Virus record (IMG/VR): IMGVR_UViG_3300036828_000568
Coordinates: 11,159-75,158 of that record
DNA: 64,000 bases
Source: a virus
Direction: 5' to 3' (one strand)
The position numbers and the translations under genes are program-made. Positions 15,721 to 25,798 of this stretch are shown here, one piece after another (the first letter of the stretch is position 1; each line of letters starts with the position of its first letter). Below the pieces are notes generated by a model, which did no database searches, was not told the DNA's origin, and was given only the letters and a program-made list of their open reading frames with translations.

Positions 15721-16832
15721 CCAAAGCGGCAGGGATCTTGTTTAAATCCCCAGAAGGTCGTGTTTTGCTTTGCCGTCGTACTGATGGGTTGGGATGGTGT
15801 ACTCCAGGTGGTGTACAAAAAGATGGCGAAACAATTGAATCCTGCGCCGTTAGGGAGTGCTTGGAAGAAACGGGGTTTCTTACCGGTCATGCAGGAAGAT
15901 TGCTTTGCCGTCGAGTTGCAGATGATGTTGATTTCACCACTTTTATTTACGATTGCGATGATGAATTTGTCCCTAAACTAAATCATGAACATGATGCTTT
16001 TGTTTGGATAAATCCTGATCATGCTTCTAGCATGAATTTGCATCCTGGTATAAACATTGCCCTGCGCAAAATGAAGGGCATGAATGAATTACAGCTTGCA
16101 GAGGCTATCAGGGACGGGGAGCTGGTTTCTCCTCAATATATTGAAAATGTTATGCTAGTGGATATGCGAATCAGTGGTACAGGGTTCAGCTTTAGACCCA
16201 AGCTCAATGAGTGGGTATATCGCCGTGACACCATATATCTTAGCCCTGAATTTGTTAATCGATGTAGCGGAATTCCAGTTATTTTGGACCACCCAAGCAC
16301 TCAGATTCTTAATTCTGATGAATTCTCCAAGCGAGTCGTTGGAACAATGTTTCTACCATATGTTAAGGGAGATGAGGTCTGGGGAATTGCCAAGGTTTAT
16401 GATCGTAGGGCACAGATAGCATTAAATGACTTTGATCTTTCTACTTCACCTAGCGTAGTATTTAGGGATACGAGTGTAAATTACAATATCGAAATGGATG
16501 ATGGTAGTAATTTGCTGGTCGAAGGAAATCCAAGTTTTGTGGACCATTTGGCAATTTGCGAAAAGGGTGTGTGGGACAAAGGCGGCGATCCTTCTGGAAT
16601 TCGAATTGATTCCCAGGCAACTGGTGAACCCAGGGAAAAGGTTGTCACCGCAAAGCCAGATCAAGGTGGTATTCTACCAGAGCCACCTTTGCCGATTGGT
16701 GGATCTAATGATGTTCCTGCTCCACCGATGCAAAGTATTCCACCCGGTCTAGTTGGTTTGGCAGATAATCTTGGCCGACTTACCGATAGAATTGAGAAAT
16801 TCATGACTCGGCGAGACCTGATGGTCCGTTGA
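15717..16832 (+). CDS. Nudix hydrolase fused to a DUF2213-like prohead protease domain
   Basis: Nudix box GVQKDGETIESCAVRECLEETG; C-terminal LDHP...STSPSV...DHLAICEKGVWDK. Confidence 0.8.
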   Translation: MTKAAGILFKSPEGRVLLCRRTDGLGWCTPGGVQKDGETIESCAVRECLEETGFLTGHAGRLLCRRVADDVDFTTFIYDCDDEFVPKLNHEHDAFVWINPDHASSMNLHPGINIALRKMKGMNELQLAEAIRDGELVSPQYIENVMLVDMRISGTGFSFRPKLNEWVYRRDTIYLSPEFVNRCSGIPVILDHPSTQILNSDEFSKRVVGTMFLPYVKGDEVWGIAKVYDRRAQIALNDFDLSTSPSVVFRDTSVNYNIEMDDGSNLLVEGNPSFVDHLAICEKGVWDKGGDPSGIRIDSQATGEPREKVVTAKPDQGGILPEPPLPIGGSNDVPAPPMQSIPPGLVGLADNLGRLTDRIEKFMTRRDLMVR

Positions 16833-16879
16833 ACCGCGCGATGAGCGCATAGTGTAAGCTGCAATATAGGAGTCTTACG

Positions 16880-17887
16880 ATGCCCACTACCGCAGCAGAC
16901 GGCAGCGTCAGCGTGGATTCATTGCTCGCCGACGCCATTTCGAAGATGGATGCGCTCACCAAGCGCATGGATGCCCTGGAGACCGGCGAAAAGCACGGGA
17001 CTCCGATCAAAGGAGACGACGATGACGATAAAAAGTCTAAATCGGATAGTAAGGCAGCGTCGTCTCGCGGCGACGACGATGACGATGAACGCCGAAAGGA
17101 CAGCGGCGGGAAGGCCGACGGTTCGACAGCTCCCAAGACTAAGATCCTTGACTCAGAAAAAGCTGATGCAAAGGCAGATGCAGGCTTCCCTCCGTCCAAG
17201 ATGAAAAAGGACGATGATGGGGAGCTTGAAATCAAACATGGCAAGGAAAAGTCCGATGCTTTTCCGCCCAAGAAAAAGGACGATGCTGCCAAGGCCAAGT
17301 CCGACGACGATGATGACGACAAAAAGGACGACGCGGCCAAGGCAAAGTCCGACGACGATGATGACGACAAAAAGAAGAAGGACGACGCTGTGAAGGACGA
17401 CGCCATTTCTGGTCTGCGCAGGCAAATTGCAGACCAGCAATCTGTTATTGAGCGGCTGCAATCGCTCATTAAACCTCGTTCCGATGATGAACATGCTCAG
17501 TTTGCAGAGGCTCAGTCTCGGGCTGATGCCGTGTTCAATGGATTTGGGCAGCGTGCCCCACGTCCGCTTGATGGTGAGGGTATCCTCGACTATCGGAAGC
17601 GGCTGGCAACGAAGCTGAAAAATCATTCGGCGATTTGGAAGGGTGTGAAACTTTCCGTGTTGCCGGAAGAGGCTTTTGGCATTGCCGAAACCCAAATCTA
17701 TACAGATGCGACAACCGCCGCCACCAATCCTGTGGATCTGGAAGCAGGTGAATTGCGCATGGTCACGAAGATCGACCCCGCGACCGGTGTGCGCTCGAAC
17801 GTCTTCTATGGTAAGGAGTCGTTCGTGAAAGCGATGGGTCGTCCGGGCCGTAGGGTTGCGTCTTTCCGCACCCTTGCTTCCCAGTAA
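16880..17887 (+). CDS. capsid scaffolding protein
   Basis: Asp/Lys-rich with a 48-bp internal tandem duplication near 17276-17375; C-terminal RAPRPLDGE...YRKRL; upstream of the capsid genes. Confidence 0.75.
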   Translation: MPTTAADGSVSVDSLLADAISKMDALTKRMDALETGEKHGTPIKGDDDDDKKSKSDSKAASSRGDDDDDERRKDSGGKADGSTAPKTKILDSEKADAKADAGFPPSKMKKDDDGELEIKHGKEKSDAFPPKKKDDAAKAKSDDDDDDKKDDAAKAKSDDDDDDKKKKDDAVKDDAISGLRRQIADQQSVIERLQSLIKPRSDDEHAQFAEAQSRADAVFNGFGQRAPRPLDGEGILDYRKRLATKLKNHSAIWKGVKLSVLPEEAFGIAETQIYTDATTAATNPVDLEAGELRMVTKIDPATGVRSNVFYGKESFVKAMGRPGRRVASFRTLASQ

Positions 17888-17920
17888 CCCTTCCCGCACT
17901 CTAAAGAAGGACCATTCGCT

Positions 17921-18529
17921 ATGGTTTCACTGAACCCCTATGTCCAGACCAATGCGGCTGGAATGTTCACCATTGAATCCGATGGATTCATTGTGGGCAC
18001 TGCGATGCCTGACCCGGCAGCTCGGTTCGCGCTTTCTGGTGGGTGGCTTGCACAGACCGAAACTCTCCCCATGTTTGGTGGAGTGGCTATTGGTGAAAGC
18101 ATTCCCCAGGAACGCCCACCTATGACGCGTGCTGATGTTGCTCTTGGCGGCATTATCGCTCGTTCTGCCGGCTATCCTACTCTTACTGGTTTCAGCGTAT
18201 TCGATCAGAACTATGCGGCGGTGAATACTCCACAGTCACCTGTTCCAACAACGGACAAGGGTGGTATGGTGAACTTCTATCGCCTTGGTTCTGGTGCTCG
18301 CGTTGCGCTGGCAATCGACCCCACCTTGATTACCTTGGAAGGTACTCTGATTACTTCCCAGGTTTCTTGGGACTTTGCTAACCAGAAGATCATTGCGTTT
18401 GCCACCACGGCATTGAACGTGAGGGTCTTACAGGTCAGGGCTTCGGGGTGTATGGTTCCATCATACAATGCTGGAACCGGATTCGTAACGTGGAACTACA
18501 ACGGAGCAGCAGCGCTCTGTCTGCTGTAA
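17921..18529 (+). CDS. head decoration/cement protein
   Basis: position before the MCP; PDPAARFAL.GG, FYRLGSGAR motifs. Confidence 0.65.
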   Translation: MVSLNPYVQTNAAGMFTIESDGFIVGTAMPDPAARFALSGGWLAQTETLPMFGGVAIGESIPQERPPMTRADVALGGIIARSAGYPTLTGFSVFDQNYAAVNTPQSPVPTTDKGGMVNFYRLGSGARVALAIDPTLITLEGTLITSQVSWDFANQKIIAFATTALNVRVLQVRASGCMVPSYNAGTGFVTWNYNGAAALCLL

Positions 18530-18591
18530 GGCTACTCTCAACCTGAAGGCCGGGGCCTCTCTGGCCTTATCCTTAACCAAAGGAGTATCAC

Positions 18592-19614
18592 ATGGCTTCG
18601 ATTGCTCCGGCATTCGTTCAGGTTCATCCTTCTTACATGATGCCTGATACCCTGATGCCGTATTCCCAAGCGTCTGGTGCTTTCGAGCTCCTGGCGTCAG
18701 GTGCCCCACTTGTCCGGCTTTCGGATGGTGATCTTTACGCTTACATCAAGCGTGTTGATCTGCGTACCCGCATGGCGGCTGGTCAATCAGCTTACAACCA
18801 GTTGCCGGGTGTCAACTTCGCACTGTCGCAAATCAGTGCGCCAACGTACCTTCTGCGGGTTCGTGCTGAATATGATCACCACGACACGGCAGCTATGGCA
18901 CGATGGGGCCTTAGCATCGTAGATGCTCATCGCCTCGGTATGCGGCAAGCCACGTTCCAGCTTATTCGGAATGGGCTTCTGTACGGCTTCAACCCGGCAA
19001 ACGGTGAGGGGCTGCTCAACGCTACCGGAGCCACAGCTATCAGTCTTCCGGCAGATAGTGCGGGCAATTCGACTGTAGTCACCTATGACAACGGTCAAAT
19101 GGCGTTTTTCCTTATTTCCCAGGTGCAGGCGATCAAGACCAGGACTAATCAGCTTGGAATTGGTCGTAAGTTCGTATTCGTTGGGCCGCAACGCACGCTC
19201 GGTGCAATGGAATACCAGAACATTGTGCAACTCACCAGTTACCAGCGCGTCGGTGCTGGTAGTCAGTCTACGGCAGGCGTCATCAAAGATGTTCTTGCTG
19301 TAAACGATGATGATATCATCTGGGCCTATGACGATACGCTTATCGGCAAGGGCGCAGGTGGTAACGATGCGGTGTTGATTGTTATGCCTGAGGTCGAACA
19401 GCCCAAGGGTTCGGCGATCAACACGAACGAATTTGCCAAACTCACACCGTCTATGACTGCTTGCACGATTCAGCTTGCAGATATGGCCGCGCCGCGTGAA
19501 ATTCCAGTTCCGCTTGCTGGTGGTGCAATTGACGTGCTTGCTGAGCAGCGCGTCACTTCTGGATGGGCAGTTCGTCCGGAAGCCGTCACAATCGTGACGA
19601 TGCAGTATCAGTAA
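18592..19614 (+). CDS. major capsid protein
   Basis: 340 aa, AAGGAG RBS, biased codons, followed by a terminator; LLYG...GEGLLN motif. Confidence 0.85.
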   Translation: MASIAPAFVQVHPSYMMPDTLMPYSQASGAFELLASGAPLVRLSDGDLYAYIKRVDLRTRMAAGQSAYNQLPGVNFALSQISAPTYLLRVRAEYDHHDTAAMARWGLSIVDAHRLGMRQATFQLIRNGLLYGFNPANGEGLLNATGATAISLPADSAGNSTVVTYDNGQMAFFLISQVQAIKTRTNQLGIGRKFVFVGPQRTLGAMEYQNIVQLTSYQRVGAGSQSTAGVIKDVLAVNDDDIIWAYDDTLIGKGAGGNDAVLIVMPEVEQPKGSAINTNEFAKLTPSMTACTIQLADMAAPREIPVPLAGGAIDVLAEQRVTSGWAVRPEAVTIVTMQYQ

Positions 19615-19647
19615 TCGTGTCTCCTCGGTGGTTGCTCGGCAAACTTG

Positions 19648-19680
19648 ATTAGGGCGGTGGCCTCCGCCCTAATCCTTTTG
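19648..19680 (+). terminator. terminator after the major capsid gene
   Basis: GATTAGGGCGG-TGGCCT-CCGCCCTAATC followed by CTTTTG. Confidence 0.65.
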
Positions 19681-19690
19681 GGAGGAATTT

Positions 19691-20224
19691 ATGCCTGAAC
19701 TGTTCATCGGTAATGTGTCTAAACAGATTCAAATGTTCGCTTACCGCGTGCCAGAGCGGCAAGGAATCATTACTCAAACAATCCCAATAGGAACCCAAAT
19801 TCGGGTTGCCCCTAACGGTATCAACACTGACTTATCTCCGCTTGAAGTAGATGCGATTATTGCTCAACATCGTGTGTATGGGATCAGGCCAGCAGAAGAT
19901 TTGAAGGAAAATAGTAGTCCATTCAATGGGCTTATTTATTCTATCGGAAAACCTATTACCGTGGAAAAGCTTCAAAAAGCTATGCGGAAAAAGGACGATG
20001 AACTCAAGGAATTTGGGGCAAAAGTAAGGCAAGAGGCTGCTCTTGCAGTAAATTCGCAAATTGAAGAACAAATCGGTGCGCCTTTGCGCAACTTGGAAAT
20101 GAGTTTTCAAGAGGAAGAACCGCGTGGCGGGTATTCCGATGATTTGGACCATATTGCAGAAGGGGTTCGTGTTACCCGTGAAAGTAATGTGGCTCCTATT
20201 GAAGGGCGACGTAGTCGTCGGTAA
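19691..20224 (+). CDS. virion/head-associated protein
   Basis: GGAGG RBS; follows the MCP. Confidence 0.65.
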   Translation: MPELFIGNVSKQIQMFAYRVPERQGIITQTIPIGTQIRVAPNGINTDLSPLEVDAIIAQHRVYGIRPAEDLKENSSPFNGLIYSIGKPITVEKLQKAMRKKDDELKEFGAKVRQEAALAVNSQIEEQIGAPLRNLEMSFQEEEPRGGYSDDLDHIAEGVRVTRESNVAPIEGRRSRR

Positions 20225-20226
20225 AT

Positions 20227-20736
20227 ATGGCTGATGTAGCCGTAAGACCAAAAGCAGGTCCTCCCCTAGTAATTCCGCCGGGGGATCCAACTATAGAAGG
20301 ATTTACAGCTTGGGTGTCGGCTGTAATGGGCGTGTCTGCTGGAGATATGCCAGATCCTACTACACTTCAGGTTGCTTTTGATCAAGCTTTAAATCTTACT
20401 TATTTGGGATTGCAAGGTGTTCCTAGTCAAGTTACGACTATGAGTATTTATGCTCAGGCTGTTTATAATCTAGGTGGACATTATTTAGTAGAGTTTGCAG
20501 TAGATAATCCAAATTCTACGTTTTGGACAGATTTAAGAAATAAATTCGGTATCTATAATTTTACAGGTGGGCTCACAAACCAAGCTCATGACCAGGGAAC
20601 TGGTGAAGGGATGTACATTTTTCCTATTTTTGCTGGTATGACAATGTTGGGTCTACAATTACTGAAAACCCCTTGGGGACGCGCTTATCTGGCAATAGCC
20701 GGTAGTTGGGGAACACTCTGGGGTCTTACAATATGA
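20227..20736 (+). CDS. head-tail adaptor (DUF4054-like)
   Basis: AVYNLGGH.L...LKTPWGRAYLAIA motif. Confidence 0.7.
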   Translation: MADVAVRPKAGPPLVIPPGDPTIEGFTAWVSAVMGVSAGDMPDPTTLQVAFDQALNLTYLGLQGVPSQVTTMSIYAQAVYNLGGHYLVEFAVDNPNSTFWTDLRNKFGIYNFTGGLTNQAHDQGTGEGMYIFPIFAGMTMLGLQLLKTPWGRAYLAIAGSWGTLWGLTI

Positions 20737-21227
20737 AACTCCAGTTTGGTGTTCGTGATATTCCCTACGCTGCCAGATACACGGCACAATCGCCGTTAAC
20801 CCCTTCTATGAAAAGAAGAAGGGCAACGATTTTATCTCCTCAACAACGAGGGTATGGACAAGGCAAGACCACCGGTCAAGTGGCTACGGAATTAGAAAAA
20901 AGATACGGAATTATGGAGACATTCTTTGGATTTGAAGAAAATTTCATAGTAGAAAATTTTGAAAAGGCTTATGCAGAAGGTACGACAAACGGAATGAATT
21001 TGGGTCCTTGGGATGTTAAATGGGATCCTTTTCCTTTAGAAAATAGATTTGCGCGAACATTAACTGGTCGTAAATTTGATGGTGTAATTAAAGGAGTTCC
21101 TACTCAAGCTGCACAAAGAGGTGTTTCACATTTACGACGAAATCCATATACTCCTCGCGCGCCTCGCCCTAGCTTTGTAGACACTTCACTCTATCAACGA
21201 AGTTTCACAGCATGGTTGGAGCCGTAA
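20733..21227 (+). CDS. neck/tail completion protein
   Basis: GVPTQAA..G...RPSFVDTSLYQRSF motif. Confidence 0.65.
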   Translation: MKLQFGVRDIPYAARYTAQSPLTPSMKRRRATILSPQQRGYGQGKTTGQVATELEKRYGIMETFFGFEENFIVENFEKAYAEGTTNGMNLGPWDVKWDPFPLENRFARTLTGRKFDGVIKGVPTQAAQRGVSHLRRNPYTPRAPRPSFVDTSLYQRSFTAWLEP

Positions 21228-21228
21228 T

Positions 21229-21390
21229 ATGCAGAATATCGGTTTGATCCTTTTAGTCTTCGCCTTCGTATTTGCTGTGATTGCAGCGTGCATCATGCAA
21301 GGGACAGGGCGCTGGAATTTCTTGGCAGCAGCAATCGCTTTCTGGATTGCCAGTGAACTGATTGGTGGTCTTGGGAGGGTTTTGCATTGA
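21229..21390 (+). CDS. 53 aa two-TM membrane protein (not in ORF track)
   Basis: hand translation MQNIGLILLVFAFVFAVIAACIMQGTGRWNFLAAAIAFWIASELIGGLGRVLH; GGAG RBS. Confidence 0.65.
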   Translation: MQNIGLILLVFAFVFAVIAACIMQGTGRWNFLAAAIAFWIASELIGGLGRVLH

Positions 21391-21533
21391 CACAGTGGGC
21401 TGACCTAAGTTCAAAGGAACGCCTTATTCTTGGAGGCTTTATTCTCATTGTACTTGTATTGATCCTTCTAGCTTGGATTGGTTACTTTTCAGGTGGTTGG
21501 GAATCTGCTACTGATGCAGTGCAAGGAAAATGA
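21387..21533 (+). CDS. 48 aa single-TM protein (not in ORF track)
   Basis: TTG start overlapping the previous stop, GGAGG RBS; TM resembles that of 45427..45801. Confidence 0.55.
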   Translation: MTQWADLSSKERLILGGFILIVLVLILLAWIGYFSGGWESATDAVQGK

Positions 21534-21745
21534 TAATAGAAAACTGCGAAAAATGTGGTGGCACACATATCGGATCATATGAGTGTCCTTTTACTGATGA
21601 ACAAATTAGGATAATGACGATGGCAACAGAACCCTGTTCTCCCATCAGTAAACCAGGTGGTCCTCAAGGCAAAGGAACTCCTATGCCTAAGCCACCGAAG
21701 CCAACATCACCCGGTTGTGGTTCGAATTCTTCTGGGGGGAAGTAA
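21530..21745 (+). CDS. hypothetical protein
   Basis: ATGA/TAATG coupling on both sides. Confidence 0.45.
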   Translation: MIIENCEKCGGTHIGSYECPFTDEQIRIMTMATEPCSPISKPGGPQGKGTPMPKPPKPTSPGCGSNSSGGK

Positions 21746-21990
21746 TGGCAATTCTGCCATATATGAGGCAGTTGTCGCTGGATTATTATAAGAATAATTT
21801 TCCTATAACTCCTGCTGTGGTGACTGCTCCGGCAGTATCTGAATTACCTTATCAGTTTCCTTCTCCTGAGCTAGGGGATCCTCTACCTCCTCCTACGGGT
21901 GGTGGTATTCCAGAAGCTCCTAATGATGGTAGAACATATGCTCGTCAGAGTGTTGCTTGGACAAGTACTTGGGAAGGTGGGTCCTATTAA
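21745..21990 (+). CDS. small protein with a foldon-like motif
   Basis: GIPEAPNDGRTYARQSVAW resembles the T4 fibritin foldon. Confidence 0.55.
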   Translation: MAILPYMRQLSLDYYKNNFPITPAVVTAPAVSELPYQFPSPELGDPLPPPTGGGIPEAPNDGRTYARQSVAWTSTWEGGSY

Positions 21991-23357
21991 TGCCTTCCAT
22001 TAACGACGCTCTTAATTCTAAACCTCCTCTTGGTGCTGCTCTCGCGCAGGGTGTCAAAACCCTGTCGATGGATCAACAAATTTCTTTTTCCCTTTATCAG
22101 CGTTATGTTTTTCCACTCGATGGCATGGTTTACTGGATAAAGGTTCCTTCCCAAGCCGGGTCTATTACAACCCCCGGTATTCAAACAATAGCTGGATTAG
22201 CTGCAATAACCGATGATGGTGGTGCTGCCATTCAGGTTGCTCCTGGTAGTTTTTGGGGTACGAATAGAGTTGTAGGTGGTAAGATTACTAATCCTCTTAC
22301 TGCTGTTGACCAAGGACTTTCGACAGCAGAAGTATTATATTATGATTTTACTGGTCCTTCTTATTCGTATGTAACTGCGACTACTGGAGTTCTTCAACCA
22401 GGAGAAAGTATAGATATTCCAGATCATAATCCAAGTGGGGCATGGGTTACTTCTCCTAGTGATGGTCATAAGTTTTCATGCGTCGTGTATATTTCACTAC
22501 CTTCTGTTACCTTACCAACTGATGTTAATGTTCAAGGCTCTTTTCATTATGCATCAACTAGCGAACAGCGTGAAGATGCAACTGTAGATTCTAATGACAT
22601 TGTTTTTACTTCATTGTCTGAAATTCAGGCTTTTAATCAAATAGGTCCTAATAACCTATACATTGGGACATATAGGGACTTGTTGTTCGCTTTTAGCAGT
22701 CGTGCTAAATTGTACGAACAAGCTGATCTTTACCATTATCAAGGTGTTGCAGTTAAATCAACTCATGCAACACAAATTATTAGTGATCCTAGTCAATTTA
22801 ATCCTACTACTATTCCTTCTAATTCCCTACCTATTTGGTTGAGTCTTTCTGGTTATGTCCCGCCGTATCCTACTTTTAATTGTCCTTTTCCTTTGTATCC
22901 ATCTTATCTTGTGGACGATAATTTACCTCCTCCTTTCGGTTCAGTACATATAGAAGAAACAAAAGCATTAGCAATGATCCCATACATGGGTCCTAAAACA
23001 CAGACCGCTTATCTGTGTAGAGATAAAGTTAAGATTCATTTATATGGGTTAGATGCAGAAGATGTAAGTGATTTTATGATTTGTGTAGAAAATTATTCTC
23101 GTGATTGGATGACTCTTGGATTTGCGAATAGCCCTGTTCCTTATGATGAAAAGCAGACTGCAACAGAAACAAAGACAATTTCTCAGCGTAAATCTATAGA
23201 ATATGAGGTTAATTATCTGCAAACTGTAGTAAGAGATATAACGCGACAATTTATCCTTCATGCCAAAGTTCAATTTTATGATCCACAATTCTTCACTGAT
23301 CAACCGGAGGTAACTCCCCATGCCACAGACAACTTATCTACCAGTCTACACGGCTGA
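21990..23357 (+). CDS. head closure/tail terminator-type structural protein with an inserted NPL-DQG module
   Basis: Y.RYVFPLDG.VYW and YEQADLYHY.G motifs; position before the sheath. Confidence 0.65.
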   Translation: MPSINDALNSKPPLGAALAQGVKTLSMDQQISFSLYQRYVFPLDGMVYWIKVPSQAGSITTPGIQTIAGLAAITDDGGAAIQVAPGSFWGTNRVVGGKITNPLTAVDQGLSTAEVLYYDFTGPSYSYVTATTGVLQPGESIDIPDHNPSGAWVTSPSDGHKFSCVVYISLPSVTLPTDVNVQGSFHYASTSEQREDATVDSNDIVFTSLSEIQAFNQIGPNNLYIGTYRDLLFAFSSRAKLYEQADLYHYQGVAVKSTHATQIISDPSQFNPTTIPSNSLPIWLSLSGYVPPYPTFNCPFPLYPSYLVDDNLPPPFGSVHIEETKALAMIPYMGPKTQTAYLCRDKVKIHLYGLDAEDVSDFMICVENYSRDWMTLGFANSPVPYDEKQTATETKTISQRKSIEYEVNYLQTVVRDITRQFILHAKVQFYDPQFFTDQPEVTPHATDNLSTSLHG

Positions 23358-23655
23358 ATATCCTATTCTTGCCAAGGCTCAAAAGCCGGGTGGGGTGACA
23401 GTACTCTCAGCAGTCAGCGGTGGTGATGTGCCGAACAAGCCGACATATGCTGCCGGTACAATCCAAAGTTTAGAGCAAACATTGGCGGCTGAAGCAGAAG
23501 CTGCTGCTCATCAAAATGAAGGTGTTACCGAGGAACCCGAAGATAATGAAGTGCATGAGGAAGAAGTAGAAGAGGACGATGGGAACGGTGGAACAGTAAA
23601 GAGGAAGCGCACTGTTACCCGTTCCAGGACTACGACGACCCATCGTCGTCGATAA
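23320..23655 (+). CDS. acidic protein with an Arg-rich tail
   Basis: GGAGG RBS; 111 aa. Confidence 0.55.
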   Translation: MPQTTYLPVYTAEYPILAKAQKPGGVTVLSAVSGGDVPNKPTYAAGTIQSLEQTLAAEAEAAAHQNEGVTEEPEDNEVHEEEVEEDDGNGGTVKRKRTVTRSRTTTTHRRR

Positions 23656-23678
23656 TTTTAATAGAAGGAACGTGAACC

Positions 23679-25331
23679 ATGGCCGTCCAAACTCAGTTTA
23701 GCACGGACCCCAATGCTATCGTAACGGTCCACGTTTCGATCATTGAGGCCCCGACCCCTATCAACTATCAACGTACCGGGGCATTTGTGTCCTTTGGTGC
23801 GACTTCTCTTGCTGTTGGAAGTACTGTGTTGTTGACACAGTTTGGTGATATCGAAATTCCTCCTTCTGACGACCCTGCTGGTCCTCCAATTCTTTTGGGG
23901 CCTGCGGCTGTTACGAGTGTGACCTGGGCAGCGGGAGTTGCGACAGTTACCACTACAGATCCGATGCCTGGGGTTCAAGTAGGTGATATGGTTCCGTTTA
24001 TTATGAAAGACTTTGAACCCATTGGCCCGGGACTCAATGGTTTACATGATGGTACGATTACTTCTCCTACGACGTACACATACCCGGTTGCTGTTGATCC
24101 AGGAGCAGTTACTACATATGGAACATATCAGTTTCAATCGGCAGTCGAATTGTCACAAATGGCAACGACTTTCTTTGCTCAGGGTAATGAAGTTGGAGTA
24201 TGGATACTTGAACTTGGGTATGATAATAACCCGGATAATAACGTCGCAGCCCTTGAAAATTGGCTGAATGAAAACCCACTTACGATCTATGCTTTCTTAC
24301 TGCCTCGCCGGTTTGGCTGTGATCCGTTTATCTTGGGATCTGCTGAACAGCCACTTCCTTTTACCAATATGCTCAAGCGATATGAGGCTCCTTCAAATAC
24401 GATGGAATATTTCTGGATTACTGTGGTCGGTCAACTGCCTCCTGCAGCAGGGCAACCAGGAGCTGGTACTATTTGGACAGCCGTGACAATGAATAATCTG
24501 TTCTATCCAGGCCAGTTGGGTTCTGGTGGAACTAAGGGCATTGGTTCGTCCTTTAAAGACGTTATTCAAATGGTCGAAGCCCCTGTGCTTAGTGACCCAA
24601 CTCTTATCTATGTCCCAGCAAGCGGGATTGATCCCGAACGGTGGGAAATTCCCAGTTTCCTGGATCCGGAGGGTGAGTTTACGCTGGCGGCGGCGTTCTA
24701 CAATGCCTTGGCGTATCGCCCATCGAATACGAACCGTATTACCCCGATGGCGTTCAAGTTCATGTACGGGGTTACGGAATATCCGCAGCGACACAACGGT
24801 CCACTGCTCCGTAGTTTCAAGTCAGCAAATACGAACTACATTTCAACCGGTGCAGAGGGCGGTATTGCTTTCACCATGATTTATGAAGGAGTTACGCTCG
24901 ATGGGCATGACTACTTCAACTGGTGGTATACGATCGATTGGGTGCAAATCGAGGTTAACTTGAACCTCAGCAATGCTATTATCAATGGCTCGAATAACCC
25001 GCTCGCTCCGTTGTACTACAACCAGGATGGAATCAACTATCTGGAAACTGTCCTTTTCCACACTATGCAGAGCGCGCAAACGTTCGGCATGGTACTCGGC
25101 AAGATTGAAATGACCGGTTACGATGGCCCGGATCTTACTGCGGCTATCAATGGTGGTCAGTTCGCCGGCAAGTGTAACGTGAATGCTGTGCCGTTCCTCC
25201 AGTATTCACTTGCCAATCCTGGAGACTACAAGATCGGTGAATATGATGGGCTTTCTACCCTGTTTATTCCCGCGCGTGGCTTCATTCACATTCTTGTGAA
25301 TGTTGTTGCAACCGACCTTATCTCAATCTAA
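23679..25331 (+). CDS. contractile tail sheath protein
   Basis: 550 aa; WYTIDWVQI...NAIINGSNN..PLYYNQDGI C-terminal motif; precedes the tube gene. Confidence 0.8.
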   Translation: MAVQTQFSTDPNAIVTVHVSIIEAPTPINYQRTGAFVSFGATSLAVGSTVLLTQFGDIEIPPSDDPAGPPILLGPAAVTSVTWAAGVATVTTTDPMPGVQVGDMVPFIMKDFEPIGPGLNGLHDGTITSPTTYTYPVAVDPGAVTTYGTYQFQSAVELSQMATTFFAQGNEVGVWILELGYDNNPDNNVAALENWLNENPLTIYAFLLPRRFGCDPFILGSAEQPLPFTNMLKRYEAPSNTMEYFWITVVGQLPPAAGQPGAGTIWTAVTMNNLFYPGQLGSGGTKGIGSSFKDVIQMVEAPVLSDPTLIYVPASGIDPERWEIPSFLDPEGEFTLAAAFYNALAYRPSNTNRITPMAFKFMYGVTEYPQRHNGPLLRSFKSANTNYISTGAEGGIAFTMIYEGVTLDGHDYFNWWYTIDWVQIEVNLNLSNAIINGSNNPLAPLYYNQDGINYLETVLFHTMQSAQTFGMVLGKIEMTGYDGPDLTAAINGGQFAGKCNVNAVPFLQYSLANPGDYKIGEYDGLSTLFIPARGFIHILVNVVATDLISI

Positions 25332-25343
25332 TGAGGTGACCCC

Positions 25344-25784
25344 ATGGCCTTTCAGTTCACTCCTCCCGGCGTCCTGAACCGGCTCCGGGCATCAGTAGTA
25401 TTTAATGAACATCCAGAACTCAATGTAACCAGCAATTTTCTTACAACGGAAGGTATTCGCCTTGCGTTGGAAGGAAATGCTACGGATCTGTTGCCTGCGA
25501 TGGTCAGCTTGGTGAGCAGCCCCGCTCCCTACCTTGCAGCATCTATTACGATGTCGATCGTGCGTAGTGCGACTTTGGCCGCAATCTATAAACTTCAGTT
25601 TGAAGATACCACCCTCGTAGGTCTGGTAAGCATTTTCCCAGATACGGATGTTCTCAATCCATTTATTATCAACAACGTGGCGCTTGAAAGCATTCGTGAA
25701 ATGGCTATGGCAGGAATGGAAGCTGCCATGGTGGTGACTGCAAGAGGATACTACAATGTCAACACAGGGTTCTTCGGGACCTAA
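25344..25784 (+). CDS. tail tube protein
   Basis: 146 aa after the sheath; G.LNRLRASV...PELNVT motif. Confidence 0.75.
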   Translation: MAFQFTPPGVLNRLRASVVFNEHPELNVTSNFLTTEGIRLALEGNATDLLPAMVSLVSSPAPYLAASITMSIVRSATLAAIYKLQFEDTTLVGLVSIFPDTDVLNPFIINNVALESIREMAMAGMEAAMVVTARGYYNVNTGFFGT

Positions 25785-25798
25785 CCGAGGAGTAGCGT

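Noticed and set aside
16801-17899. Long antisense ORFs (222 and 248 aa)
   Set aside because: Shadows of the biased-codon scaffold gene; the same applies to most short antisense ORFs in the track
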